64,000 nt of DNA from Nitrospinales bacterium (GTDB taxonomy: Bacteria > Nitrospinota > Nitrospinia > Nitrospinales > VA-1), in NCBI GenBank assembly GCA_965223345.1, contig CBDCWG010000012.1, forward strand, positions 288,001 through 352,000, given 5' to 3'. Position numbers and translations under genes: made by a program. Each line of letters starts with the position of its first letter. Positions within the stretch are counted from its first letter, which is position 1. Below, one piece after another: positions 39,123 through 49,691 of this stretch. The notes under the pieces were generated by a model, which was not told where the DNA came from, ran no database searches, and saw nothing but the letters and a program-made list of their open reading frames with translations.

Positions 39123-40355
39123 TCAAAGGCAGGCCGGCTGTTTTTCACCCGTCACTTTTTTGCCCGCGGAGTAGGTGGCGGCGACGAAATTTTCGCCGAA
39201 GTAATAAAACAGGTCGCGCGGGTCTTCGGTATGCAGGACGCAAAAATCCGCCCGCTGTCTCGGCAACAGCCCGCCGAACTGTTTCTCGGCGGCCAGCGCC
39301 CGCGCGGAACCGGACGTCGCCGCGGCGATCGCCTGTTCGGGCGTCATGCGATAGAGGAAAAAAGCCTGGTTGAGCACCGCCTGCATGTTGTAGGAGGGGC
39401 AGCTGCCGGGATTGCAGTCGGTGGCGAGCGCGATGGGCACGCCCGCTTCCATCAACGCCCGCACCGGCGGCAGCTTGCCGCCGCCGAGAAAAGACGTCAC
39501 GCCCGGCATGAGCACGGCCACGGTGCCGGCCAGTTTCAGGGCGCGGATGTCGCGCGGGCGGATGTGTTCGAGGTGGTCGCAGGAAACCGCGCCGTGGCGG
39601 GCGGCCTGGTAGCAGCCGCCCTGATGCGACAGTTCCTCGACGTGGGCGCGCAATTGGGAAAAGCCCAGCAGCCTGGCCTGCGCGAACAGGCGTTTGAGCT
39701 GGTTGACGGTGAACACGCCGCGCTCACAGAAAATATCCACGCCGTCGGCGAGTTCGCAGAACTCGGGCAGCGTGTCCATCACCGACTCGAAGTACTGCTT
39801 GGCGCTCATCTCCGGCGGTGCGGCGTGCGCCCCGAGGTAGGTGAGGGTGACCGGAACGCGCAGGTCTTTTTTCAGGCGCTGGCCGACGCGCAGCATCCTT
39901 TTCTCGGTTTTGACATCGAGCCCGTAGCCGGACTTGATCTCGAACGCCGTGGTGCCGAGCGTCATCATGCGGCGCATGCGTTTTTTGGCGGCGGCGTACA
40001 GAGCATCCTCGCTGGCTTTGCGCGTCGCCTTGACGGTATTCAAAATGCCGCCGCCGCTTTTGAGGATCTCCAGATACGTGTCCCCGGCGGCGCGCTGCTC
40101 CATCTCGTCCTTGCGCTCGCCCGCATAGATGAGGTGGGTGTGGCAATCGACGAATCCTGGCAGAACCGCGCGTCCTTCGAGATCGATCACTTTGGCGTGA
40201 TCGGACGGTTTTATTCCTGTGTCCTTGATCACTTTTTCCACTTTTCCCGCACGCACGATGAGGGCGCAGCGGCGGCGCGTCTGCACCCGGGGCGGCGGAC
40301 CGGGCTCCACCTGAATCAGTTGTCCGATGTTGCGAAAGCAGAGGGTGGGTTCCAT
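39123..40355 (-). CDS. hutI: Imidazolonepropionase
   Basis: PGFVDCHTHL, GGGILNTV, EIKSGYGL, DIFCE, ALATDCNPGS. Confidence 0.95.
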   Translation of the reverse strand: MEPTLCFRNIGQLIQVEPGPPPRVQTRRRCALIVRAGKVEKVIKDTGIKPSDHAKVIDLEGRAVLPGFVDCHTHLIYAGERKDEMEQRAAGDTYLEILKSGGGILNTVKATRKASEDALYAAAKKRMRRMMTLGTTAFEIKSGYGLDVKTEKRMLRVGQRLKKDLRVPVTLTYLGAHAAPPEMSAKQYFESVMDTLPEFCELADGVDIFCERGVFTVNQLKRLFAQARLLGFSQLRAHVEELSHQGGCYQAARHGAVSCDHLEHIRPRDIRALKLAGTVAVLMPGVTSFLGGGKLPPVRALMEAGVPIALATDCNPGSCPSYNMQAVLNQAFFLYRMTPEQAIAAATSGSARALAAEKQFGGLLPRQRADFCVLHTEDPRDLFYYFGENFVAATYSAGKKVTGEKQPACL

Positions 40356-40369
40356 GCGGCTCCTTATGT

Positions 40370-42079
40370 TCAACCGGGCAGCGGGACGTCGCGTTCCCGT
40401 GCGATCTGTTGGGCTTCTTCGTACCCCGCATCGACGTGACGGGCGACGCCCAGACCCGGATCGTTGGTCAACACCCGGTCCAGCCGTTCCTGTTTTTTGC
40501 GGGTGCCGTCGGCGACGATCACCATGCCCGCATGCAGGGAATTGCCGATGCCGACGCCGCCGCCGTGGTGGAAGCTGACCCAGCTGGCGCCGGAAACGGC
40601 GTTGACGGCGAAGTTCAACAGCGGCCAGTCGGCGACCGCGTCGCTGCCGTCGAGCATGGCTTCGGTCTCGCGGTTGGGTGACGCGACGCTGCCGCAGTCC
40701 AGGTGATCGCGGCCGATCACGATCGGCGCGGCCACCTCGCCTTTTTTCACCATGCGGTTCATGACTTTTCCCATCTTTGCGCGCTCGCCGTAGCCCAGCC
40801 AGCACACGCGGGTCGGCAGACCGAGGACGGGCACCTGCTTGCGGGCTTTTTCGATCCAGCGCGCGAGGGCCCGCTTTTCCGGAAAGGTTTCGATCACAGC
40901 GCGGTCGACCGCGTGCAGGTCCTTCTTTTTACCGGAAAGCAGCGCCCAGCGGAAGGGCCCCTGCCCTTCGCAGAACAGCGGGCGGATGTAGGCAACCACG
41001 AAACCGGGATACAGAAAGCTGCCGTCCGCATGCCGGATGTCCAGCCCGCCGAGTTCGGCCTGCCCGCGCAGGTTGTTGCCGTAATCGAACACCACCGCAC
41101 CCTGTTCCTGAAGTTCCACCAGCGCCCTGGCGTGCTCGACGGTGGTGGCGAGAGAACGTTTGCGGTATTCGTCGGGATCCTGCGCCCGCAATCGCATCAG
41201 CGCATCGTAGCTGTCGCCTTCGGGCACGTAATCCATGAGGTTGTGCGCGGAGGTCTGGTCGGTGACGATATCCGGGATGCGTTTGCGCTCCAGCAGCTCT
41301 CTGGCGGCGGTGGCGCCGTTCGCGAGCAGTCCGACGCTCACCGGCTGCTGTTCCGCGAGTGCCTCGTCGATCCACTCGAGCGCCTGATCGATCGATTCGG
41401 TGGCGCGGTCGAGATAGCCTTCCTCCAGACGCCGCTCGATCTGCGCCGGGTTCACCTCCGCCACCAGCACGCAGGCTTCGTTCATGGTGCCGGCCAGCGG
41501 CTGCGCGGCCCCCATGTTGCCCAGACCCGCGGTGTAGATCCATTTGCCCTTGAGGGTCGAGGCGGCGAATTCCTTGTGGCCGCAGGCGCCGAAGGTCTCG
41601 TAGGTGCCCTGGAGGATTCCCTGCGTGCCGATGTAGATCCAGCTGCCGGCGGTCATCTGCCCGTACATCATGAGACCCAAGCGGTCGAGTTCGTCGAAGT
41701 GCTCCTGGGTCGCGTACGCGGGCACCAGATTCGAGTTGGCCAGGATCACCCGCGGTGCGGCGGGATGGGTCTGCGCGATGTACACGGCTTTTCCCGATTG
41801 CACGCACAGGGTTTCATCCTCTTTCAGCTTTTTCAACGCCGCGACGATGCGGTGGTACTCCTTCCAGTTGCGCGCGGCGCGGCCGCTGCCGCCGTAGACG
41901 ATGAGCTGCCGCCAGTCGAGGGCGACTTTTTCGTCGAGATTGTTGTTGAGCATGCGGAGCGCCGCTTCGGTGTCCCAGTCGCCGCATTGCAGCGCGGACG
42001 ATGTCCGGGCGCGCGGCGCTTTCTTGGGACAGTCCTGCATTTCCATGGGACGGGTTTCTGCGGTTGGTTTGCGGTTCAT
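40370..42079 (-). CDS. hutU: Urocanate hydratase
   Basis: VYGGSGRAARNW, YGQMTAGSWIYIGTQGI, TDQTSAH, GRDHLDCGS, HHGGGVG. Confidence 0.97.
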   Translation of the reverse strand: MNRKPTAETRPMEMQDCPKKAPRARTSSALQCGDWDTEAALRMLNNNLDEKVALDWRQLIVYGGSGRAARNWKEYHRIVAALKKLKEDETLCVQSGKAVYIAQTHPAAPRVILANSNLVPAYATQEHFDELDRLGLMMYGQMTAGSWIYIGTQGILQGTYETFGACGHKEFAASTLKGKWIYTAGLGNMGAAQPLAGTMNEACVLVAEVNPAQIERRLEEGYLDRATESIDQALEWIDEALAEQQPVSVGLLANGATAARELLERKRIPDIVTDQTSAHNLMDYVPEGDSYDALMRLRAQDPDEYRKRSLATTVEHARALVELQEQGAVVFDYGNNLRGQAELGGLDIRHADGSFLYPGFVVAYIRPLFCEGQGPFRWALLSGKKKDLHAVDRAVIETFPEKRALARWIEKARKQVPVLGLPTRVCWLGYGERAKMGKVMNRMVKKGEVAAPIVIGRDHLDCGSVASPNRETEAMLDGSDAVADWPLLNFAVNAVSGASWVSFHHGGGVGIGNSLHAGMVIVADGTRKKQERLDRVLTNDPGLGVARHVDAGYEEAQQIARERDVPLPG

Positions 42080-42993
42080 GATTTTTTCTCTTTCCTCAGA
42101 GCGACGCCGAAACAGAAATAATAAAAGATCGCCGCGGCGAGACGGCCGGTGCGCTCTTCTTCGATGAGGGGGTTGTACTCGGAAAGGTCGAACAGGGAGA
42201 CGGACGGGTGTTTGCCGGAGTGGTAGGCGATCTGCGCCGCCTGCTGGCCGGACAGGCCGAGCACCCCCGGACAGGAAACGCCGGGCGCGTAGGCGCTGGC
42301 GATGGAATCCAGGTCGAAGCTGACGAACAGAAACGGGCACTGCCAGGCCAGGGTGCCGAGCGAGGCGATGAACTGGGTGACCACCTGGTCGCCGGCCTGC
42401 AATTCATCGTGCCAGAGGATGCATCCGTTGTTTTTGCGCACGAAACGCGCGTGCTCGCGGCTGCACTGGCTGCCCTGGGCGGCGAATTCGATGAAGTTCT
42501 CGCCTTGAAAGCGTTCGTCCTCCAGCAGCAGCCGGAAGGGAGACCCGCTGTGGGCCTGGCCGTCCTTCAGCGGGCGCACGTCCAGATGGGCGTCTACATT
42601 GATGACGCCCACGGGCTGCGTGCCGCTGTGGGCGAGCAGCGCCGAAGCGTTGGGATAGGACTGGTCGTTGCCGCCGCCGACGACGAAGGGAACGCCGCCC
42701 TGTTTTAATATGGCCGCCACGTGGCGGCTGAGTTCGCTGTGGGCCGCATCCAGGGACAGCCCTTCGGCGATGTCGCCGGCGTCCGTGATGGTGAGGGCCG
42801 TGAGGTCCACTTCCATTTCCGGGTTGGCGACGCTGCCGTAGCGCTTGAGCCAGGCGCGGAACTTTTCCGGCCCCTTGCGCGCCCCGGCCCGGCCGCCGTT
42901 GACGGCCACCCCGGCATCGTGCGGAAACCCCAGCAAAACCACGTCGCCCCCGTCACCGGGGGCCAGAATGTCTCCCAGCTTGACGTCCGCCAT
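42076..42993 (-). CDS. hutG: Formimidoylglutamase (arginase family)
   Basis: NGGRAGA, GGGNDQS, NVDAHLDVR, FDLDSI, SEYNP; overlaps hutU start. Confidence 0.9.
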   Translation of the reverse strand: MADVKLGDILAPGDGGDVVLLGFPHDAGVAVNGGRAGARKGPEKFRAWLKRYGSVANPEMEVDLTALTITDAGDIAEGLSLDAAHSELSRHVAAILKQGGVPFVVGGGNDQSYPNASALLAHSGTQPVGVINVDAHLDVRPLKDGQAHSGSPFRLLLEDERFQGENFIEFAAQGSQCSREHARFVRKNNGCILWHDELQAGDQVVTQFIASLGTLAWQCPFLFVSFDLDSIASAYAPGVSCPGVLGLSGQQAAQIAYHSGKHPSVSLFDLSEYNPLIEEERTGRLAAAIFYYFCFGVALRKEKKS

Positions 42994-43223
42994 CTCTCTA
43001 TATATAGGCCCTTGCGCGGCGTTTGTAAACCTTCCCCATGCGGAAGGCTGTCCCCAGACCGGTGCGCCGCGGCGGGGCCGGACAGCGGAATCGCGGCGAT
43101 ATGCGGGGGGCCTCGCAACGAGGCGGCCAAGCGGTCCGGGGCTTGTGCGGCCGGGGCGATTTTGCTATATTCGGGATTCACGAAATCAAATTTTAATGCA
43201 ATTTATTTCAAGGAGAACCCCCG

Positions 43224-43637
43224 ATGTCCGCAGCCGCAGAAGCGCTGAGAAAAGCCATCGAACACGAAAAACTGGCTCTGGAACGTTACAAGGAAGCCAT
43301 CAATTGCTCCTCCAACGAGGAGACCCGCAAGTCGCTCAAGGAAATCGCTTCGAACAAGACGCAGACCATCGATTCGCTGCACTGGATGGCGCTGGCAGAG
43401 GCCGGTCAGCTGGACACCGATGCGGCCGCCGAAACGAAGGAAGAAACCACGCAAAGCTCCGCCAGCAAATGTCCGTTTTCCGGCGCACTGAAAGAGATGG
43501 GCGTTGACATCACCAAGATGGGTGAAATGTCCAAGGAAGACATGAACAAGATGATGGGCGGCATGTCGCGCGAAGAGATGGCCAAGATGATGGGCCTGGA
43601 TGATTCCAACAAAAACTCCGACTCATCCGCAAACTGA
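43224..43637 (+). CDS. Ferritin/rubrerythrin-like helical pair + CPF motif + Met-rich tail
   Basis: ALRKAIEHEKLALERY; SKCPFSG; MGEMSKEDMNKMMGGMSREEMAKMMG; AAGGAG RBS. Confidence 0.7.
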   Translation: MSAAAEALRKAIEHEKLALERYKEAINCSSNEETRKSLKEIASNKTQTIDSLHWMALAEAGQLDTDAAAETKEETTQSSASKCPFSGALKEMGVDITKMGEMSKEDMNKMMGGMSREEMAKMMGLDDSNKNSDSSAN

Positions 43638-43727
43638 ACCGGGTGCGCGCGCCCGCCGCATTCCGGTCCCGGCGAACGGCCGGGCCGGGCTCTGGCGTCG
43701 CGGCGCGGCCACTGGGATGGGTTCCCC

Positions 43728-44138
43728 ATGAATTTCCTCAAACCTTTCGACCTGCTCGTCGAATGCGCGGGCTGTGGGATCGAAAATCTGCTGCCCGGCT
43801 TCACCGCCGCGATGCCCGCGATCTGCAACCAGTGCCGGGAACGGCTGCTGGAGGAAGCGGTCACCGAGACGCATCAGGAACTGGTGTGCGAGCAGTGCGG
43901 CATGCTGCTGCTCCTGAAAAAGGACGCCCCCATCCTTTCCGGGGAATCGGTGTGTCGCTGCGGGGGCACGCAATTTCTCCGGCACGCCGCCCCCACCCTG
44001 CCCGCTGTGGCCGCACAACACGCTGCTGAGGATACGGACGACGCCGTCGAGGAGGATTTCGACTGGTGCCGGCCTGCCGGCGGTGAAGATAATATGAATG
44101 ATTACAACGATCTCTTCGATAAAGACCCCAGCCACTGA
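43728..44138 (+). CDS. Double zinc-ribbon-like protein
   Basis: CAGC, CNQC, CEQC, CRC; acidic tail. Confidence 0.7.
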   Translation: MNFLKPFDLLVECAGCGIENLLPGFTAAMPAICNQCRERLLEEAVTETHQELVCEQCGMLLLLKKDAPILSGESVCRCGGTQFLRHAAPTLPAVAAQHAAEDTDDAVEEDFDWCRPAGGEDNMNDYNDLFDKDPSH

Positions 44139-44448
44139 GCGTTTTTCCCGCCTTTTTTCGCCCCCTATTCGCCTCTCCGGAGTTTTCCACAAGAAATCCA
44201 CCCCGCGATCGATTTTTTCCTTGTCAGGGACTGAAAAGCGCCCTTATAATTATCCATTAGTAATTGATTTTTTGTTAGTTATTGGAATGAGCCCCTTCCT
44301 GAAGGAAGCCGCCCCCATCCCAAAAACCCGATCGTCGAACCGGCCCGGAAAGCCGTTAATGAATATAAATCAATCACTTAAAAGCATAGTCGCAAAAATC
44401 TCGTTTTTGGACTATAATAAAGCGAACCCAGATTCTCCACAACTACTT

Positions 44449-45672
44449 ATGAAACAAAAGGTTCCAGCATCAGGCGCGGTTTGGGAAGCGCATCTTAAAG
44501 AGGCGGCGGATCTGATCGGCTCGAATCAGAGGTTTCTGTTCTCAGCCGACATCGACCCGGATTCGGTGGGTTCGATGCTGTCTCTGGCCCTCTACCTCAA
44601 GAGCATGGGCAAAGAGGTGTTTCTGATCATCTCCCAGGGCTTGGGGGACAACCTGGACTACCTGGACAAGATCATCGCCTACAACGCCATTCCGGTTCTG
44701 AAGACCCAGGAAGACATCGCCGGTGTCCGCGATCAGATCGACGCGGTGGTGTTCTGCGACACGGCGAACACCAAATTGATCCCGTTTTATCCCTATCTCT
44801 GGGAACACATCCTGTGCAAACGGGTGCCGGTGCTGGAAATCGACCACCACTTCGGCGCCGACAGCGAAAAGATGACGGAACACGCGGTCTCTCTGTTCCG
44901 CAAGGCCAACGCCACCACGGAAATCGTCGCGGAACTGCTGCGCGTCATCCACCGCGCCCATCCGGACGGCCCCAACCCGCTGTTTCAAAGAAACATCGTT
45001 CTGAGCCTGATCACCGGCATCCTGGGGGACACGGTGGGCGGCCGGGTGGTCCCGTACCGGGGACGCTACCATTACTGGATCGACACGCTCGGGCACTCGC
45101 TCAAGGAAAACACCCGCTGGCGCAAGCACAACGGCAAACGCAGCGGCGACGACCGGGAAACCAAGTTCGGCCACCCCGATCAGGTACAGAAATACCTGAA
45201 CCGCCTTTCCGAGGAGCAGCACGCCTGCCTGAAGCTGCTCAAAAACCGCATCGAGGTGGACGGGGACATTGAAACGCTCAACCTGCTGGATTCCACCTAC
45301 GCGCAGGTGCGGCACGTTTCGCAGCCGTTCGATTCCAACTGGTTTGCAGACATCCTGTTCTTTCTGCTCAACGAGATTCCGGGAAAATCCGGCAAGATCG
45401 GCGTGGTCTACATTCACGGCAAGAACGCCGAGGACAAGGAATGCATCTACATCAAGATGCGCCGGCCGGAACACCACGCCCACATCGATCTCAGGCAGGC
45501 GGAGCAGGCCATCCGCTCGGCGTTTCAGGGCAAGTACATGGGCGGCGGGGGGCATCCCGGCGCCGTCTCCTTCCGCATCCACCCGCACGATGAAAGCGAG
45601 TTTCTGGCCAAATTCGCGCAGGCGCTCGACGCCCTCAAACGCGACCACGCCCTGACGGGTGCGGCGCACTGA
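44449..45672 (+). CDS. DHH-family phosphoesterase
   Basis: DPDSVGS, EIDHH, GILGDT, GGGGHPGA. Confidence 0.85.
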   Translation: MKQKVPASGAVWEAHLKEAADLIGSNQRFLFSADIDPDSVGSMLSLALYLKSMGKEVFLIISQGLGDNLDYLDKIIAYNAIPVLKTQEDIAGVRDQIDAVVFCDTANTKLIPFYPYLWEHILCKRVPVLEIDHHFGADSEKMTEHAVSLFRKANATTEIVAELLRVIHRAHPDGPNPLFQRNIVLSLITGILGDTVGGRVVPYRGRYHYWIDTLGHSLKENTRWRKHNGKRSGDDRETKFGHPDQVQKYLNRLSEEQHACLKLLKNRIEVDGDIETLNLLDSTYAQVRHVSQPFDSNWFADILFFLLNEIPGKSGKIGVVYIHGKNAEDKECIYIKMRRPEHHAHIDLRQAEQAIRSAFQGKYMGGGGHPGAVSFRIHPHDESEFLAKFAQALDALKRDHALTGAAH

Positions 45673-45732
45673 TCGTCCTTGCGGTCTTTCCCTTGCCAAT
45701 CCGTTTCCACACAGAGAATGAATCGACCGGCT

Positions 45733-47202
45733 TCATGCCGCGGCTTTGAGAATCCGGGTCAGCACACCGCGGTCGGACGCGTTGAAGGTCTTGAGAAAAA
45801 TCAGCAGTAGAAAATAAACGGCTCCCGCCAGCACCACCAGCACCCCGAAAGGCAGACCCTCCAGACCGAACAGCAGGCCCGCCATGCCGGCCGCCGCTAC
45901 AGCCGGTCTCCAGGCCAGTGTGAAAAACGGCGCCGCACCGAGGGCGCTGCGCACCTGGGGCAGGTAGACGGCGAACAGAACCCACTGCGTCCCGGCCGCA
46001 ACGAAGGCGGCGCCGGTCACGCCCCAGCGCGGAATGCAATACAGGTTGGCGATGGGATTGAGCACCGCGAAAGCTCCCGCGGTCAGCAGCACCCTTCGGG
46101 TGCGGTGACCCGACAGGAGCAGGTGGGCGGCCAGATCGTTGAGACACAGCAGCGGAAATCCCAGAGCCATGCCGGCCAGGACGATTCCCGCACCCGCATA
46201 CCGCTCCCCGTACAAAAGCTCCACGATCGGCGACGCGCACACCGCCATGCCCACAGCCAGAGGCAGCGTGATGAGCAACAGATAGCGCGCCGATTCCCGC
46301 CAGAGACGCACGCCCGCGTCGCGGTCGTTCTTGAAGGATTTGGAGAACACGGGAAACAGCGCCAGGCGCACGCTGGCCATCAGCAGGAACAACGCTTCGA
46401 TCAGCTTGAACGCCGCCGCGTAGCGCCCGGTTTCGGCTTTGCCCGCCAGGAAAAACACCAGCACGGCGTCGATGCGGAAATAAATGTAGGTGAACAAAAG
46501 CGCGCCGCAGACCGGGGCGGCCTGCCGGACGATTTTGCGCACCAGCTGCCAGCTGAATTCGGCGAATTTGAACTGGTAGCTGACGCGCATCTGCCAGCGG
46601 GCGATGAAAAAGCAGAGGACGGATGTGAAGCAAAACGCCGCGGAGAACAGCAGCACATCGGCCCCCATCAGGAGAACGGCCAGTCCCAGCGCGAAAAACA
46701 GCACCCGCGCCAGCACCGTGAGGACCGACACCAGCGCCATCTGCTCGAAAGCGCGGAACACCGCGAGGTACAGGTCGGTGAAGCCGTGCACCATCAGCGA
46801 CACGCCGATCAAAAGCGCGACGCAAACGGTTTCCCGCGACAGCTCCGAAACCCCCAGCCCCGCCACCAGCAGGACCGCGGTGGCCAGCGACAGACCCAGC
46901 TTGAGCCCCATCACGCTCCTCAGATAATCGCGCGCCCGATCGGGCTCGCGGCTCACTTCCCGCGTCAGGTACAGGCTGAGCCCGGTGTCCACAAACACGG
47001 TCAACGCCCCGGTCAGCGAAAACGCGAAACTGAAAACCCCGAAGCCTTCCTTGCCGAGGTAACGCGCGGCCACCACCTGCGTCAACAGCGCCAAGAGCTT
47101 GGCGAGCGCTTCGGCGGCGAACAGCCACAGGGAATTTTTCACGACCCGCTGCGCCGTCTCGCCGCTCGCGGGGGAGGGTGCGGGCCGGGGATCATCGTTC
47201 AT
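45733..47202 (-). CDS. Polysaccharide flippase (Wzx/MOP family)
   Basis: VKNSLWL...ARYLGKEGFG; about 12-14 TM helices; RIDAVL. Confidence 0.9.
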   Translation of the reverse strand: MNDDPRPAPSPASGETAQRVVKNSLWLFAAEALAKLLALLTQVVAARYLGKEGFGVFSFAFSLTGALTVFVDTGLSLYLTREVSREPDRARDYLRSVMGLKLGLSLATAVLLVAGLGVSELSRETVCVALLIGVSLMVHGFTDLYLAVFRAFEQMALVSVLTVLARVLFFALGLAVLLMGADVLLFSAAFCFTSVLCFFIARWQMRVSYQFKFAEFSWQLVRKIVRQAAPVCGALLFTYIYFRIDAVLVFFLAGKAETGRYAAAFKLIEALFLLMASVRLALFPVFSKSFKNDRDAGVRLWRESARYLLLITLPLAVGMAVCASPIVELLYGERYAGAGIVLAGMALGFPLLCLNDLAAHLLLSGHRTRRVLLTAGAFAVLNPIANLYCIPRWGVTGAAFVAAGTQWVLFAVYLPQVRSALGAAPFFTLAWRPAVAAAGMAGLLFGLEGLPFGVLVVLAGAVYFLLLIFLKTFNASDRGVLTRILKAAA

Positions 47203-47244
47203 GCGTTTTCCAATGGGACGTATGCAAAGCGTGTGATCGGCGCA

Positions 47245-48849
47245 TCAGGATGCGGAGGGCGCTTGCAGCCGCAGACGTTTGAGGTACAGAAGCTCCATCG
47301 AGTTCATCTCAAAGCCCTGCACGCGCGATTTCATGAGCAGGTTCTGTACCTGGATGAAAAGCGGGATCATGGCCGCGTCGGTCTCGGTGAGCAGGACCTG
47401 CGCCTCGTCGTAGATGGCTTTGCGCTTTTCAGGATCGCGCACGGTGGGCCCCTGGGCGACGAGGGCGTCGTAGCGCGGGTTGGCCCATCGCAGCCGGTTG
47501 TTGCCGCTGGTGGAGAGAAACAGATTCATGAAGTTGTCGGGATCGGGAAAATCCGCACCCCAGCCGAGACGGAAAATCTGCGGCGGGTCGGTGTTCAGGC
47601 GGCTGAGAAACACTTTCCATTCCTGGTTTTCAAATTCGATGTTGACGTTGAGGTGCTTGCGCCACTGGTCTTTGACAAATTCGGCGATCAGCCGGTTGCG
47701 GTTTTCGGAGTTGAACACCGCCACGGACCTGGGGAAGCCTTTTCCGCCGGGGTAACCGGCTTCGGCCAGCAATCTTCTGGCTTTTTCGGGATCGAAATGC
47801 GCGCCGATGTCGGGATTGTAACCGAACATGCCTTTGGGAATCCAGGAGGCGGTGGGGATTTCCCCGCCCTTTAAAATAACCGGGATCTGCGAACGGTCGA
47901 TGGCGTGCGCGAACGCCCGGCGCACACGCACGTCGTCGAACGGCGGTTTCTGCACGTTCATGCCGTAATAATAACCGCGCAGCTGCGGCCGTTTTCTGTA
48001 TTCGGGATGTTCCTTGTAATGCGGAATGGCCACCGGCGGCAGCTGCACCATGTCGAGTTCGCCGGTTTCATAGAGAGTGAGCGCGGTGGTGGGTTCCTCG
48101 ACCACGAACACCTCCACTTGCGGCACCGGCGGCGGGCCTTCGAAATGCCGCTCGTGCGCCTTGAGCACGAGCTTGTATTCGTGCTGCCATTCGGCGAGTT
48201 GATAGGGTCCGTTGGTGACGATGTGCTGCGGTTCGGTCCAGCGGTCCCCGTAGCGGGTCACGATGTCTTCGCGCTGCGGGTAGGTCACCATGAAGGTGGT
48301 GATGCTGGGAAAATACACCACGGGTTTCTTGAGTTTCACTTCCAGCACGGTCGGCGACAGGGCGCGCACGCCGACCTTGGAAGGATCGGTGACGGTGCCG
48401 GCGTTGTACTCGGCGGCGTTTTCGATGTCGAACAGGAAATAGGCGTACTGGGCGGCGGTTTTCGGATTCAAAAGCCGCTTCCAGGAATACTCGAAATCCT
48501 GCGCGGTGACGGGCTGGCCGTCGCTCCAGAACACGTCGTCGCGCAGGGTGTAGGTGATCACCCGGCCGTCCTCGGAGAATTTCCACTCTTTCGCCACGGC
48601 CGGGATGGGTTCCAGATCGGCGGTGTACTGGGTGAGCCCTTCCATGAGGTTGGTGAGGATGTTGAAGGAGATGCTGTCGGTGGCCAGGGTCCAGTCGAGC
48701 GTCGGCGGATCGGCCCGCACCGACATGCGGAAGGTATCGGCATTCCGGGCTCCGGCATCGGAACAGGCGGACAGTATCGCGGGAAAGATAATCCAGAAGA
48801 CGGCCTGCCACGCAGCCGCCGGGAAACGGAAAAGGCGAGAACGTTTCAT
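47245..48849 (-). CDS. Peptide ABC transporter substrate-binding lipoprotein (OppA-like)
   Basis: LSAC lipobox; WSDGQPVTAQDFEYSWKR, VTNGPY, PFDDVRVRRA, WGADFPDP. Confidence 0.92.
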   Translation of the reverse strand: MKRSRLFRFPAAAWQAVFWIIFPAILSACSDAGARNADTFRMSVRADPPTLDWTLATDSISFNILTNLMEGLTQYTADLEPIPAVAKEWKFSEDGRVITYTLRDDVFWSDGQPVTAQDFEYSWKRLLNPKTAAQYAYFLFDIENAAEYNAGTVTDPSKVGVRALSPTVLEVKLKKPVVYFPSITTFMVTYPQREDIVTRYGDRWTEPQHIVTNGPYQLAEWQHEYKLVLKAHERHFEGPPPVPQVEVFVVEEPTTALTLYETGELDMVQLPPVAIPHYKEHPEYRKRPQLRGYYYGMNVQKPPFDDVRVRRAFAHAIDRSQIPVILKGGEIPTASWIPKGMFGYNPDIGAHFDPEKARRLLAEAGYPGGKGFPRSVAVFNSENRNRLIAEFVKDQWRKHLNVNIEFENQEWKVFLSRLNTDPPQIFRLGWGADFPDPDNFMNLFLSTSGNNRLRWANPRYDALVAQGPTVRDPEKRKAIYDEAQVLLTETDAAMIPLFIQVQNLLMKSRVQGFEMNSMELLYLKRLRLQAPSAS

Positions 48850-49025
48850 GGGCGTCAGGATACCATGCGCCCCGGTTTCTGGAAAGCCGCTGACGGCTGC
48901 GGACGCCAACCGGGCTTTGCGGGACGGGTGGCTTTGCGGATCGTTCACCCGAATCGCTGCATATATTAATTCTTTACATTTCAAGGGACATCGATAGAAT
49001 AAAACGTTTTAACCCCTTACTTCCA

Positions 49026-49691
49026 ATGGCAGACGACCTTTCCTACATCCGCAAATGGCTCAAGCGCGGCTTGAGCAAGGACAAGCGCACGCTCGATCTT
49101 TCCGGGAAAAACATCGACAACCAGGTGGCGATGGAAATCGCCGAAAACATGGTGGTGCCCGACCTGGAGATCGTGTACCTGCACACCAACCGCATCAAGG
49201 ATCCGGGCCTGGAAGAGCTGGCCGAATCGGATCTGCTCGCGCCGGTAAAGGAATTGTGGCTGTATGAAAACAGGATCGGCGACGACGGCGCCACAGCGAT
49301 CGCGGAGTCGTCGAAGATCAGCCGCCTCAAATATCTCAGCCTGTACACCAACCGCATCGGCGACGCGGGTGCGATCGCATTGTCCGAATCTTCGGCGTTG
49401 TCGCAGCTGGAAACGCTGGATCTGTCTTTCAACCGCATCGGCGACGCAGGAGCCGTCGCGCTGGCGCACTCCACAAAACTGAAAAACCTTAAGGTGCTGC
49501 ATCTGGACGCCAACCGCATCGGTCTCACCGGCATGCAGGCGCTGGCGCAGGCCAAAGGACTCAAAAAACTGAAGACGCTCAACCTGCTGTACAACCGCAT
49601 CGAACCGCAAGGCCTCGAGTTGATGCGCGATTCAGAGCGCCTGCAAAGTCTGGACGTTCTCAAGACCGACCTGTTCCAAGCCGATGACTGA
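49026..49691 (+). CDS. Leucine-rich repeat protein (RNI/GALA-like)
   Basis: 28-aa LxxLxLxxNRIGDxGAxAL repeats. Confidence 0.9.
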   Translation: MADDLSYIRKWLKRGLSKDKRTLDLSGKNIDNQVAMEIAENMVVPDLEIVYLHTNRIKDPGLEELAESDLLAPVKELWLYENRIGDDGATAIAESSKISRLKYLSLYTNRIGDAGAIALSESSALSQLETLDLSFNRIGDAGAVALAHSTKLKNLKVLHLDANRIGLTGMQALAQAKGLKKLKTLNLLYNRIEPQGLELMRDSERLQSLDVLKTDLFQADD

